Assembly (NCBI RefSeq): GCF_009914755.1
Contig: NC_060940.1
Strand: one strand, 5' to 3'
Source of the DNA: the human T2T-CHM13v2.0 reference genome, Homo sapiens
Length of the DNA stretch: 64,000 nucleotides
Shown here: piece by piece, positions 40,161 through 53,039 of the stretch
Position numbering within the stretch: the first letter of the stretch is position 1
Layout of the letters: each line of letters starts with the position of its first letter
The notes under the pieces: model-generated
Databases searched by the model: none
Told to the model about the DNA's origin: nothing
The model's input: only the letters and a program-made list of their open reading frames with translations
Program-made: the position numbers and the translations under genes

Positions 40161-40584
40161 CTCCAGAGGATTCTGATTTGACAGAGGGAAAAGCTCTACT
40201 GATAATACGGGTAGGAGAGCTTCAGTTCCTACTTCCGGGTGCCATCAGCATCTCTCCAGGCTCTGGGCTCTGAAGATTATGGTTAATTCACAGCTTCTCA
40301 TTGGAGCTTGACCTCATCTACACATTCCCTGGGAAAAGTGTCTCCCTTCTAGACATGACTATATTGGGTTGAGGTATCAAGATACTTCTCTTCTATGCTC
40401 CCCATTTTTTCCCGGCTCCACCTTCCAGCCATGGAATACAGTTGACTTAGGATGCTCCCTGGTAGCTCCCTTTTGGGCAGGAGCAGCTGGAGCCCTAGTC
40501 AACCCTTTCCCCTCCTCTGCTCCCTTATCCCCCTTATACTTCTTCCCCTGTGTCTCGCACTTTTCTATTTCAGGAGGGAGAGCT

Positions 40585-40677
40585 TAGTGCTATTGAGAAT
40601 CTACCACGTGCCATGTGTTTCCACATGTTCTTGGAGCTCTCACAACAAACCATGGAAAAGAGAGTTTGACCATCGCC

Positions 40678-40709
<32 letters not shown>

Positions 40710-40750
40710 CCAGGCCGGGAAACGGCCAAGGTCGCACTGGCAAGGACTTG
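40585..40750 (-). mobile_element. MIR remnant with an internal T30 tract (40680-40709)
   Basis: ctctcacaacaaacc...(T)n...ggaaac...ccaaggtcgcac. Confidence 0.55.
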
Positions 40751-41967
40751 TGTGCACAGGGAAATTTCAATGGTCCTCCTTCAAGTTAATGGGGCTTTAC
40801 TTTCCTCCCAGGCTCTCTCTGCATTTTTAATGAGACTGCAAGTCCCAAGAGGGAAGCCAAGTAAGCATTTCAGATTCCTCTGCCTGGATCTGAGGGCAGA
40901 GACTTCTAGGGGGTTGGGAGGTAGAAGAAGGGAATCCCTGTGATTCCCCACAAGGTGCGTTCCCAAGAAAGAGTGCCTCTTCTGTGCTTGGAAAATGGTT
41001 AGATCCTGAGCGTGGTCTCCCACAGAAAGAAGTATTCCTTAGCTTTCGACATCACTTATGTTGTCATTTTCCAGCTACTTTTAGGACTGCCCATTTCCTA
41101 TATTATGTGTTCTTCTAAGGTTTAACCTCAAGTTAGTGTAATCAAAGATTTTTTTCTGCTACATCAGGTTAGATTGGCTTTGCAAATTCTGGCATCCTCC
41201 TGTTTCCTCTTGTTTGAATATATGTTAAAAAAAAAACCATAAAAACAACAAAACAAAATAACAAAAAAAAACTATTTATCTTATTTTGGTACTCTAGTTT
41301 TTAGGAAAGGCCTGATCCTAATCATGTTTGGATGCACACTAGGAAAATACTACTTAACCTTTTTCTTGCCTTTTTAATGTCTGCTGTTCCTTTTCTTGTA
41401 GCAAGTGATACAGAGGAATTGCAGTGAAGTTACCATGAAGATAAAGGTAAACCCACACAAATGACCTCCAGCATCTTCTGTCTTTAGCTTTTCCTTCCTA
41501 GCCGACACATCTTTTGAGTTTTAGAACATTTACGTTGTTTTATACTCCATCTCATTTTGAGGCTTTCCTCTTTCTTTCCAGGCTAGTTCTTTGTGATATA
41601 AGACTTAATTCTGCTTTTTTGTTTCTGATTGAGAATTTCATTTCCTTTTATGCTTAGGCGTTTGCTCAGCCTAACTTACCAGTGTGGTTTATTCTGCTGA
41701 GAAAAACTGAGAACTCATGAGAATGCTGTTCTTCTTTCCTTTTCTTTCTCAGTATTCAAGCGTGGGCTTGGGAGTCAGGCATTCCTGGGTTCAGATCTTG
41801 GCTTTTCTTCTTACTAGGTTGTGTAAACTTAGATGAGTAACTTCATCTCTGTCAGTCTCAGACAAACTGAGCCAGGCTCAGACATGCAGATTCAGATCAC
41901 TGGGCCACCAGGTCCTAGTGATGCCCCAGAGAGGCTGCTGGGCTTTGTTGTGGGTGACCTAAAGAGG

Positions 41968-42601
41968 TGCAAACCCAAAAGTATCTGAGACAGGTCTCAA
42001 TCCACTTAGAATGTTTATTTTGCCAAGATTAAGGACACACCCATGACACGGCCTCAGGAGGTCCTGCTGACATGTGGCCAAGGTGGTCAGGACACAGCTT
42101 GGTTTTATACATTTTATGGAGACGTGAGACATCAATCAAGTACATTTAAGATATACATTGGTTCGATCTAGAAGGGTGGGACACCTTGAAGTGGAGGTGG
42201 AGGAGAGGGTTCCAGGTTATAGGTAGATTTTAAAATTTCCAGATTGACAATTGGTTGGAAGAGTTATTATCAATAGAAAAGGAATATCTGGGTTACATAA
42301 GAGGTTGTGGAGAGCAAAGTTTTCTCATGTACATGAAGCCTCCAGGTAGCAGGCTTCAGAGAGAACAGATTGTAAATGTTTCTTATCAGACTTAAGGTCT
42401 ATGTTGATGTTAAATAATGGTCGGTTTTTCCTGAATTCCAAAAGGGAGGAGGGCATCATGAGGCCTGCCCCATCCCCACTACCCCCACTTGCCGTCATTG
42501 CCTGGACCAGTTTTTCAGGTTAACTTTGGAGCACCCTGGCCTAGAGGAGGGTGTCAATTCAGATGGTTGAGGGGGGCTTAGAATTTTATTTTTGGTTTAC
42601 A
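41968..42601 (-). mobile_element. MER4A-like ERV1 solo LTR
   Basis: tgcaaacccaaaagtatctgagacaggtctcaatc...ttttatttttggtttaca; 4-bp TSD gagg. Confidence 0.88.
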
Positions 42602-43054
42602 GAGGGTGGGCTCGGCCCTTCTCCAGGAAGCTGGCATCTGAGAGGTTGAGGGCCATGGCCCTAGGGTGCATTTGAAGGGATGGTAACCATGTGCAGAAAC
42701 ACTGCCTCTTTAGTGTCAGATTCTTCCTGGACCTAGCCATTTTCTTCCTTTCTAGTTCTCCATCATGGATCCCATTAAGTCCCCATCCTCCCCAGCCCCC
42801 TCTCTATCTATTTCTCCCCCCAGCAGTTGCTTAAATGTGGTACCCTGATGGGCAGGAAAGCAATTGATTAGACTTGAGGTGACTTGAGTTGTGTTCAGCA
42901 AAAATCCTCACTCTTTTGACTGACTTCAAGTGGCGTCATGACAAAATCAACCTGAAAAGACATAATTAATACCCTATACCCTTTTATTCCAAGTTCCTTT
43001 CGGTTGGAAAGTACTGCCAGCTAAAATCATTGTGGTGAGTCTTGCCTTTCTTCT

Positions 43055-43270
43055 CACCAGCCTGTACATTTGAATGGAGTTAGGGACTGTAGCGTGTTTA
43101 TCTCTCTATTATTCCCCATTCTGAGTATAGTGATAGATGCTCAGTAAATATTGATTGATTGGCTGATTAATGGAAAGACTTGGGCTCTAGACTCAGCTTA
43201 TATGATCTTGGACAAGTCACTTAACTTCCTCTGAGTCCATTTTTCCATTTGTAAGAGGTTGATAATTAAT
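43055..43270 (+). mobile_element. L2 3' end followed by MIR
   Basis: gatgctcagtaaatattgattga; ttggacaagtcacttaacttcctctgag. Confidence 0.65.
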
Positions 43271-43481
43271 TACACCTGAGTCTTAGGTCACACTCTCCAG
43301 GAGTAGCTATTACATGTGGCTTCAGGTTTGAGTGGCTTATTAAGGAAGTGGTGGAATGGGGGTAGTAAGGAAAGGGGAGGAAGCAGAGCAAGGGTGTGAT
43401 CTCAGGAAAAGTCCTGCAGGGGCCAGCTCCAGCCTTCCAGCGTGATCCCACAGGGGAACTCTGGAGGCAGCTCTAGAGTTG

Positions 43482-43816
43482 TTTTCTTCTCCTTCTCCTT
43501 CTCCTTCTCCTTCTTCTCCTTCTCCTTCTTCTCCTTCTCCTTCTTCTCCTTCTCCTTCTCCCTCTCCCTCTCCCTCCTCTTCGTCTTCTTCTTCCTCTTC
43601 CTCCTCTTCCTCTTCTTCTTCCTCTTCCTCTTCTTCCTCTTCCTCTTATTCTTCCTCTTCCTCCTCTTCCTCTTCTTCTTCCTCTTCCTCTTCTTCTTAC
43701 TCTTCTTCTTCCTCTTCCTCCTCTTCCTCTTCTTCTTCCTCTTCCTCCTCTTCTTCTTCTTCTTCTTCCTCTTCCTCCTCTTCCTCTTCTTCCTCCTCTT
43801 CCTCCTCTTCTTTTTT
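43482..43816. repeat. About 330-bp (CTT/CTC/CCT)n homopyrimidine tract in the Alu tail position
   Basis: Only about three purine interruptions. Confidence 0.97.
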
Positions 43817-44107
43817 GTTTAGAGATAGCATCTTGCTCTGTTGCTCAGGCTGGAGTGCAGTGACATGATCACAGTTCACTGCAACCTCAAACTCCTGGGC
43901 TCAAAGGATTCTCCTGCCTCAGCCTCCTGAGTAGTTAGGACTACAGGTGTGTGCCATCACACTGGCTAATTTTTTAAAAAATTTTTTATGGAGATGGAGT
44001 CTTGTTATGTTGCCAAGGCTAGTTTTCAACTCCTGTCCTCAAGTGATTCTCTGGCCCCTGCCTACCAAAATGCTGGGATTACAGGCATGAGCCACCAATG
44101 TCTGGCC
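43811..44107 (-). mobile_element. AluJ
   Basis: agagatagcatcttgctctgttgctcaggctggagtgcagtg...ctcctgggctcaa. Confidence 0.93.
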
Positions 44108-44433
44108 AACCTTTCATGCTCCTGCATTTCAGTCACTGGCTAGGACTGAGGGCAGGATAAGGGAATGTAAATTCCCAGAAACTTCTAGTGCTATACCCAT
44201 TTGGGCAAAGTGTTCTCTAATAGCCCAAGGGAAGTTCTCCAAAATAGAGCTGCAGTTTGGAAATGAAAGCACACCAAAGTCTGAGTGTAAAAGTAAAAAA
44301 GGAATTGGGTGGGACACTGACATTATCCTCAACATCCTACTCATCTACATTTCTGAAGAGTTACTGGAATCAGACAAGAAATACGTGGAAACACTTGTAA
44401 ACTGTCATGTTCCATTCCAAAGTAAATGGTGGC

Positions 44434-44750
44434 TTTTTTTTTTGTTATTTGTTTATTTTTTGAGACAGGGTCTCACTCCTATTACCCAGGCTGGAGTGCA
44501 CAGGTGTGATCACAGCTTATTGCAGCCTCGACTTCCGGGGCTCAGATGATTCTCCCACTTCAGTCTCTGGAGTAGCTGGGACTACAGGCACATGCCCATC
44601 ACACCCGGCTATTTTTTTTTTTATACTTTTACTAAAGATGGGATCTTGCTATGTTGTCCAGGCTGGTTTCAAAGTCCTGGGCTCAAGCAACCCTCCTGCC
44701 TCAGCCTCCCAAATTGCTGGAATTATAGGCATGAGCCACCACACCCAGCC
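44434..44750 (-). mobile_element. AluJ
   Basis: Full dimer; TSD aaatggtgg(c/t)ttttt. Confidence 0.93.
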
Positions 44751-45894
44751 AAATGGTGGTTTTTATATTCAATAAATTGTTTTCTAAAAAAAGTCTTGTG
44801 CATCTAGAAAGACTCAAAAAAAAAGAGAAGAATGTTCATGTTAATCATACATTCTGGTTCATACAGAGTCACCCTTTGATAAAATTTCATGTCTTTTGAG
44901 TAGTGGTAATCCAGTACCAGTTTTCAAAGAATTCTAATTTAAATTAACGCTGTAACTACAGGCAAGACAATTTAATCTCTGTTTGATGCTTCAGAAGGCA
45001 TTTCTCAATCTTGTAGGGCCTGAGGGTCATGATTACCATTGCACTGTCAACATGCAGAACTGCAGTTAACAGACTGGGTTACTGGAATGGGGAAAATGGC
45101 ATCTATCTCTATTTTGTTATGAGAGAGGTGTTGGCTGTTGCTGTATTTGCAAATGGCTAAGCATTGGAGTGCTGACAATTTTTCAGGCTCAAAGCTTTGA
45201 TTTTCCTTTAATTATTTGGCTGAAGTGGAAGACAGGGACTCTTACCTGATTTAATTAGATAATCTCAACTATAAAGACATGGGTTCTGTGACATGGTTAA
45301 ATAGAATTTTGCTTGGCAGTTTTTCACAGCATCCCAAACAAAAGCCTTGAGGTAGCCATACCTCAACATACACACTGCCTCTTGTATCACACAATGATTA
45401 TATTTTGATTGCCATTTGAGTTGTCATTTGACATCATATAGGGAGCAATACATTTTCCTTGGACTAGGATGGCCAAGGTAATTTCTCTCCTATGAACTTA
45501 TCCATTTCCAACTCTGGCATGGTCATTCAAAATAGTATCTCTCTCCCACCACCACTCACTTTGAACTCATTATTGATGCATTTTGACATCCTGCCACATC
45601 TCCTGTATTTTGATAGGCATATATGGGGATTCAGGAAAACTATAAGATCTCCAAAGCTGGGAAAATTATGAAGGGGAGAAGTCTTACCTGGAACCATTTA
45701 ATAATGGAAGGCAGAAAACTGACAAGGAGAGTGAAGATCCAATCTTGGGCTCATTTATGGTTTCATGAAGACCAGGGACACTACAGCAGAACCTTCTTAA
45801 TAATTCTTGAGGTTTTGTAATTGCCCCATCTGTGTTGTGTTCATTATTTTCTGTCCTTTTCCTTTCGTTATCATCAGGGCTGACAGTGAAAGCA

Positions 45895-46110
45895 ATGCAT
45901 TCATTCAATTATTCATGTAACATTTGTCACACACTTTCTGTGGGCCAGGAATGTGTTGGGTCTGAGGCCACAAAAGTAACTCAGACATGGCCCCATCTTC
46001 AAGGCTCTGGCACAGTCTGAGTTGAGAGGAAGAGATGAATATATTCATACCCAAGAACAATAGGCCTTACACATCAGAAGGAAGAGCCAAGGGCCATAAG
46101 AAAACAGAGC
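45895..46110 (-). mobile_element. L2 fragment
   Basis: gcattcattcaattattcatg...cagacatggccccatcttcaagg. Confidence 0.6.
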
Positions 46111-46382
46111 AGGAGGGCAGAATGAAAGAGAGTGAGGGATTATTTTGTTATAGAGCAATCCTGGTGAGCACAGACCTCAGCACGGAGAAAGGAAGAGCAA
46201 CTGGGAGGAAGAGGCAGAGACTGCTGACTCTTAAAGGCATCTGGAAATGTCCCAAGGACAGAAACATAGGTCTTGCTATTGCCCGTGAAAGAAGAAATGC
46301 TCTTGCAGAAAGCCCTGGTGTTATCGTGGAATTTAAAGAGGTAGTGCCATTCTAATGAGAGGCTGAATATACAAGCAGAAAG

Positions 46383-47146
46383 TGACAATCGCCAGACTTA
46401 TAGAGAAGTAGAACTCTGACCCACAACCTCTGCAGCAATTGGCCCCAAACACCCAGGATTTGATCAATTATTGCCAGTTTTCCCAAGTTGGTCCTTGTTT
46501 CCAACTTAAGACAAACCAGAGAAAGTCAAATTTGCCCCTCTAGACAACTGCATGGGATGCTCCTCTTCCACCCTTCTAGCTCACCTATCCTTCCCTGTGT
46601 CAACAGCCTCCAAACAGGGCACACTTGAAGCCTTCCCTTTTCCCAACATGAAGCGTTCCCTCTCCTTTGCCTGCCCTGGAATCTGCCAAATGCAAGTGAT
46701 GGTGGCTGATTCCCTTGCAGTCGCAAGCTCTGAATCAATAGCCTCTGCTTGTTCTCTGTATTAGTTCGTTTTCACGCCGCTGATAAAGACATACCCGAAA
46801 CTGGGTAATTTATAAAGAAAAAGAGGTTTAGTTGACTCACAGTTCCACATGGCTGGAGAGGCCCTCACAATCATGGTGGAGGTGAAAGGCACTTCTTACA
46901 TGGTGGTGGCAAGAGAGAAAATGACAACCAATTTAAAGGGGTTTCCCCTGATAAAATCATCAGATCCTGTGAGACTTATTCACCACCATGAGAGCAGTAC
47001 GGGGGAAACTGCCCCCACGATTCAGTAATCTCCCAACAAGACATGGGAATTATGGGAGCCACAATTCAAGATGAGATTTGGATGCGGACACAGCCAAAAT
47101 TATCATTCTCCTTTCAGTCCTTTTTGATTATTTCCAGTTTTTGATA
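46383..47146 (+). mobile_element. MER77/MER21/MER68-like ERVL LTR split by THE1
   Basis: agaactctgacccacaacctctgcagcaa...gcaagctctgaatcaatagcctctgcttgttctc. Confidence 0.55.
46757..47105 (-). mobile_element. THE1B-like solo LTR
   Basis: tgtattagttcgttttcacgccgctgataaagacatacc...cagccaaaattatca; TSD ttctc. Confidence 0.95.
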
Positions 47147-47999
47147 AGGGATATTTTGAAGCATGAACTCAAGAGCTAACACACGCCAACCACTCAGTAA
47201 ATGCTCTTCTTTTCTGTGGAGCACCCGCTACATTCCCTACAACATGCCTGGGGAGTGCCCTCTTCTCTCCCAAGTTACCAACCACCCTGGCATAAGGTGG
47301 ACTGGACCTTTATAAAATCTTACACTCATGCCAGGGAAGGGTACCTGAGTGGTCCAAAGAGTTTGATGGGTAGCAGAGGCCGGGGCACGAACACACTCCA
47401 GTCCCAAGCCAGCAACTCAAGGACGCCTTTGAAAGCTGTGCAGAGACGGAGTGGAAAAGATGCCTTTCAAAGGAAGAAATCTTGTTCCAAGGCAACAGTG
47501 TTTCTATCCCCTCCAAGTGTGCTTCATAATAATAAAGTTCCTGATAAGCTGTGTGCAAATCGCACTTCTGTAAATTGGGTCCTACTTCCCCCATGATTTA
47601 CACTTTCCTTTAAGTGCTGATTTATCATCATTTCTTCCCTTGGCAACCATCCTTATGACTTGCCTCTTAGTTCTAGCCTCCCTGGCAGATAATTAATGAG
47701 CTCTTAATACAGCTTATGGGCACCAGAGGGAACACACACTATTTAAAGATGTCTTTCAGGGGATTTTTTTTTGTGTGTGTAAAGTGAAGAATCCCATTGT
47801 CATGAAAAAAAAATCACATACATTTGGCAAATGTTGCCCTTTTGAACTTGTGGACTATTCAAAGGCAGATGAAGAAGTTTGCTTACATCATTATTCATCA
47901 ATATACATTGGTGTAGGGTTTAGGTACCCAGTGGTTCTTGAAAGTACTGGGGGTGGAAAACTGTGTTATTAAAACTTTTGATTAATTAATTGCTTTTCT

Positions 48000-48610
48000 T
48001 GTTTGCTCACTTGTTCAACAAATACTTACTGAATACTTATTATGTGCCAGGCCCCATGGAAATATAATATTAAACTGGATAGACATGGTCATCCTCATGG
48101 CATCACAGCTTTTTGGGGAGACAGGTAATGAGCATGTAATTATGCAGATAACGAGTTCACTACACATTTGATAAATGCTAACAAGGGATCAACGAGGGGG
48201 GCTAATGAGGCCTGAGCTAGGTATGGGGAGGGAAAGTGGTCAGGAAAGCTGAGCTCCAAGGTTGAGTTAGAAGTTACCAGGGAAAGGGCACTTCAGGAAG
48301 GGAACAGAATGTGCAAAGTTACCAAGAACAGGAATAGCTCAGCTCTTTTGAGAAGTGGGAGAAAGACACTGGGTGGAAGATAAGCCAGTGAGATTAATGG
48401 GGGCACCATGGCCGTAGCGCCTATATGCTAAGTGTTTTGAATTGTATCCTAAGAACAATGAATACATTATTGATGCATTCTAGGCAGGGAAGTGACGTGC
48501 TCAGATACACCCTGTAGAGAGAGAATATTGTCTGCATTGTGGTAAGGAAGGGATAGGGGAACCTGTTGGGACCCATAGCTTTTGTCCAGGATAAAAGAGG
48601 TGGTATTCAG
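48000..48610 (-). mobile_element. L2 fragment
   Basis: ttcaacaaatacttactgaatacttattatgtgccagg...gggaacagaatgtgcaaag. Confidence 0.8.
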
Positions 48611-50976
48611 TAGTGATTTTCATCAGTGATATCCTCCAGGAGAAATGGGTTGAGGGTGTTAGGATTCAACTTAGTCCATTTCACAGAAGAGGAAGAAGAG
48701 GTCTAGTAGGATAAGAAGAGTTATAGGACTGTCTCTTAGTGGAAGAGGGGCCCCCTCCTGACAATGCAGCATCTTCACTGTGGCCCTGAGCTTCACACCA
48801 GGGAAGGACTGACTTCCCCAAGAAGGGCACACATGCAGGCAATAGCCCGCCAGCCTGCTTTGAAGTTCCTCCAGCAGGCTTTGGAGAAAGAGCTTTCTTC
48901 TTGAGTTCTGACTTGGAAATAGGGATCAGAAATGACGGTCTCTGCAAGTGGGTTTGATATGGAGAAACTTCTGGACACAGGCCCCAGTCTTCAGTGGAGT
49001 GTCTAAGTATCTCAGGTCCCCAAAACTGGTCTTGATGGCCCCTCCATCAGACACCAGCCAGGAGTTGACAAATGTCAATGGGCAAAGGTGTCCCTGGGGG
49101 AGAAGCTTCTTCAGAAAGCAGATTCCTGGGCCCTGCTCTCAGGGATTCTGTTTCAGGATCTTTGGCTCATGGCCTGGGAATCTGAATTGCATAACAGGCC
49201 CTATACCCCTCATTCATTTTGTCTCCTTGTTTCTAATATGGATGGTCTTTAAATCATTTAAAAACTCTGGGAACTGTTGCTCTAGTGATTTAGGCCTCTA
49301 GGAGACTGGCTTGCCTGAGCTCAGCAAAACATAATACCTGGTTCTGGGCAATCACTACCAGTTAGGAAGCTCAGGAGTCTGGGTGGGATCTTGAATTGGG
49401 GAACAGCTTTGGGCCAAGACTTAACCCCCTTGCTTCCCCATATTGCCAGAGAATCATCCAGAGCATTTATAAACATGTCCATTTTTCTCCAGAGATTCTG
49501 ATTCTGTTGTGGTTTTTAGCAAGCGCCCCAGGTGATTCTTAGGATTAGGTAGGTTGGGGGCCTTTGCCCTAGAGGCTTCAGGCAGCTTTTGCCCTTAAGG
49601 GGCCATACGGGGCCTCAGGGATCCTGGGTGTCCTCAGAGGACTGCAGGGAGCTCTGGGAGTGTTCTCTAATGTGCTCTCCAACTCTCCATATCTGCTCTG
49701 GGTCTTGGATTCTTCATCAGGGCATCTGGGGACAGTCCTTCATGTAGGTGGCAATAATCTCTGCTGGGGATCGTTCTTGAGCTTCTTAGGACGAGAATTC
49801 TGTTAGATTCTGGATGGGGCCTGATGTGTCTGCCCAGCTTTGCGGCCAGGCCAAGGGAAAAACCTGTGGAGGCAGGATACCCAGCTGAAATGCATCACTC
49901 ACTGCCAAAGGTGAACCCGACGCTAGCTTCAGCAAACCTGGGTGGTGAATGGTTTTAAAACTTTGCTAAAACCAGAAGAGCTGTGTCCACTCAGCATCAG
50001 GTGAAACTGGCCAAATCGGGGCAGGTGGATGGGCTTCCTGGGGACAAGGGAGAAAACTCCATCTTATTTCTGAGCTCCTGAAAAGCAAGGGCAAGGGAGG
50101 TCTTGAGTCAGACTTGCTCTAGAGGCGTCTATGAGTTTGCTCCCCACTTCCCAGGCTCACCTTCGGTGGTCAAAGAGGGCCCCTGGAACTGTGTGGGAAA
50201 GGTTTGCGGAACTAGAAATCTCCTCAAGTTCAAAGGAGTTGCAGTTTGTATGTGAAGTTTAAATTACACTCGAAGGCAGTGGCTGCAGGTAAAAAAACGA
50301 AAATGAAAACCCAATGAAAACATAAAAAGATTTTAAAAAATGCCTGCTTGTCCCACTGGCTCAGAATCTTCGTTGCGGGCAGGGAGTGGGGAGCTGGTCT
50401 AAATATGTTTAAAAGCTCCCCGTTGAGTGTCACGTGCAGGCTCTAGGGGGTCTGTGAGCGTGGACGTTGAGCACACCTGTGGTTCCAGGGGGGATGGAGG
50501 CCATCTTGGATGCCTGGGTGTTGGGGGTTTCAGTTCAAAGAAGGCAGGTACAGTATTCTGGGACTCAGGGATGGGCAAACAAGCTTAAATAGGATGGGGC
50601 TTGGACCTGTGGGTTTTGATTATGGCCAGAACTGGCACTGGTCATCCACTCCATCTGCCATGCCAGGCACACAGCTGTGGAGCCATTGGCAGACCTGCTC
50701 CTTGGAGAAGAGGACGATGGCCATGTCTTGGCATTGATGTGCCACAGGATTCCTGTCAAGGACTTTTTTTAGGGAAGGCCTCTGTCTTTAGCTGGTCTCC
50801 TTGACTTTCTGCAGCCTCTGATCTAGCCTTTGGTGGGGAGTTTGGAGTTCACAGGATCACTGGGCCAAGGAGGTTGCAGCTCCCAATGCTGCTGGAGTTT
50901 CTTAGCTGGGGAGAGCATTCTTACATTCTTGAGGGTCCTGCCAATAGGGTAGGTGGAGAGCTGCTTTGTGGCTCTA

Positions 50977-51360
<384 letters not shown>

Positions 51361-51456
51361 TCAGGAGATAACAATGGACCAAGAGAGGAGGGGCATGGCA
51401 GTGTTGGGAAGGGCTGGAGGGCAGTAGAGGGGAAGAGGGCAGATGTGTACAGCATT

Positions 51457-52884
51457 TGGGTGCTGGGAGAAGTGAACCTGTCTGCTTCTGGGATTGACTC
51501 TTTTTATGATTGCTGCAGCAGTGGGAAGGGGATGTTGACCAGTGATTTGGGGGTCCATTGGGTGCTGGGAGAAGTGAATCTGTCTGCTTCTGGGATTGAC
51601 TGTTTTTATGATTGCTGCAGCAGTGGGAAGGGGATGTTGACCAGTGATTTGGGGGTCCATTGGGTGCTGGGAGAAGTGAATCTGTCTGCTTCTGGGATTG
51701 ACTGTTTTTATGATTGCTGCAGCAGTGGGAAGGGGATGTTGACCAGTGATTTGGGGGTCCATTGGGTGCTGGGAGAAGTGAATCTGTCTGCTTCTGGGAT
51801 TGACTGTTTTTATGATTGCTGCAGCAGTGGGAAGAGGATGTTGACCAGTGATTTGGGGGTCCATTGGGTGCTGGGAGAAGTGAACCTGTCTGCTTCTGGG
51901 ATTGACTGTTTTTATGATTGCTGCAGCAGTGGGAAGGGGATGTTGACCAGTGATTTGGGGGTCCATTGGGTGCTGGGAGAAGTGAATCTGTCTGCTTCTG
52001 GGATTGACTGTTTTTATGATTGCTGCAGCAGTGGGAAGGGGATGTTGACCAGTGATTTGGGGGTCCATTGGGTGCTGGGAGAAGTGAATCTGTCTGCTTC
52101 TGGGATTGACTGTTTTTATGATTGCTGCAGCAGTGGGAAGAGGATGTTGACCAGTGATTTGGGGGTCCATTGGGTGCTGGGAGAAGTGAACCTGTCTGCT
52201 TCTGGGATTGACTGTTTTTATGATTGCTGCAGCAGTGGGAAGGGGATGTTGACCAGTGATTTGGGGGTCCATTGGGTGCTGGGAGAAGTGAATCTGTCTG
52301 CTTCTGGGATTGACTGTTTTTATGATTGCTGCAGCAGTGGGAAGGGGATGTTGACCAGTGATTTGGGGGTCCATTGGGTGCTGGGAGAAGTGAATCTGTC
52401 TGCTTCTGGGATTGACTGTTTTTATGATTGCTGCAGCAGTGGGAAGAGGATGTTGACCAGTGATTTGGGGGTCCATTGGGTGCTGGGAGAAGTGAACCTG
52501 TCTGCTTCTGGGATTGACTGTTTTTATGATTGCTGCAGCAGTGGGAAGGGGATGTTGACCAGTGATTTGGGGGTCCATTGGGTGCTGGGAGAAGTGAATC
52601 TGTCTGCTTCTGGGATTGACTGTTTTTATGATTGCTGCAGCAGTGGGAAGGGGATGTTGACCAGTGATTTGGGGGTCCATTGGGTGCTGGGAGAAGTGAA
52701 TCTGTCTGCTTCTGGGATTGACTGTTTTTATGATTGCTGCAGCAGTGGGAAGAGGATGTTGACCAGTGATTTGGGGGTCCATTGGGTGCTGGGAGAAGTG
52801 AACCTGTCTGCTTCTGGGATTGACTGTTTTTATGATTGCTGCAGCAGTGGGAAGGGGATGTTGACCAGTGATTTGGGGGTCCAC
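51457..52884. repeat. Minisatellite/VNTR: 14 x 102 bp with a 306-bp higher-order period
   Basis: Unit tgggtgctgggagaagtgaa(t/c)ctgtctgcttctgggattgactgtttttatgattgctgcagcagtgggaag(g/a)ggatgttgaccagtgatttgggggtccat; 1428 bp = 14 units. Confidence 0.99.
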
Positions 52885-53039
52885 TTTGCTGCAAAGACAG
52901 ATGGAGCTTTGGGCTCAGTCCCAGGTTTTGCTAGAACAGAGGTTTAGGACTAGGTGGGAGATTGAAGAATCTTGAATCCTTTATCTATCTGGATCTGGTG
53001 GCTGTCTTGGGCCCCAGAGTTAGAGTTGAACAAAATATC

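Larger units (their letters stand above)
43277..44200 (-). mobile_element. LTR16/33-like LTR split by a simple repeat and AluJ
   Basis: gatcccacaggggaactctggag; resumes at 44108 with cctgcatttcagtcactggc. Confidence 0.45.

Noticed and set aside
40680-40709. T30 tract as the tail of a processed pseudogene or orphan Alu
   Set aside because: No TSD or retrocopy body; it fits expansion of the T-run inside a MIR.
43442-43879. Poly-F/L, poly-S and poly-E ORFs
   Set aside because: Translations of the CTT/CCT simple repeat.
50190-50480. Promoter or CpG island (E-box gtcacgtg near 50428, a few CpGs)
   Set aside because: CpG density is far below island level and a single motif is insufficient, though an enhancer is possible.
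51457-52884. CRISPR-like array
   Set aside because: Head-to-tail units with no unique spacers, in a eukaryotic context with no cas genes; it is a minisatellite.
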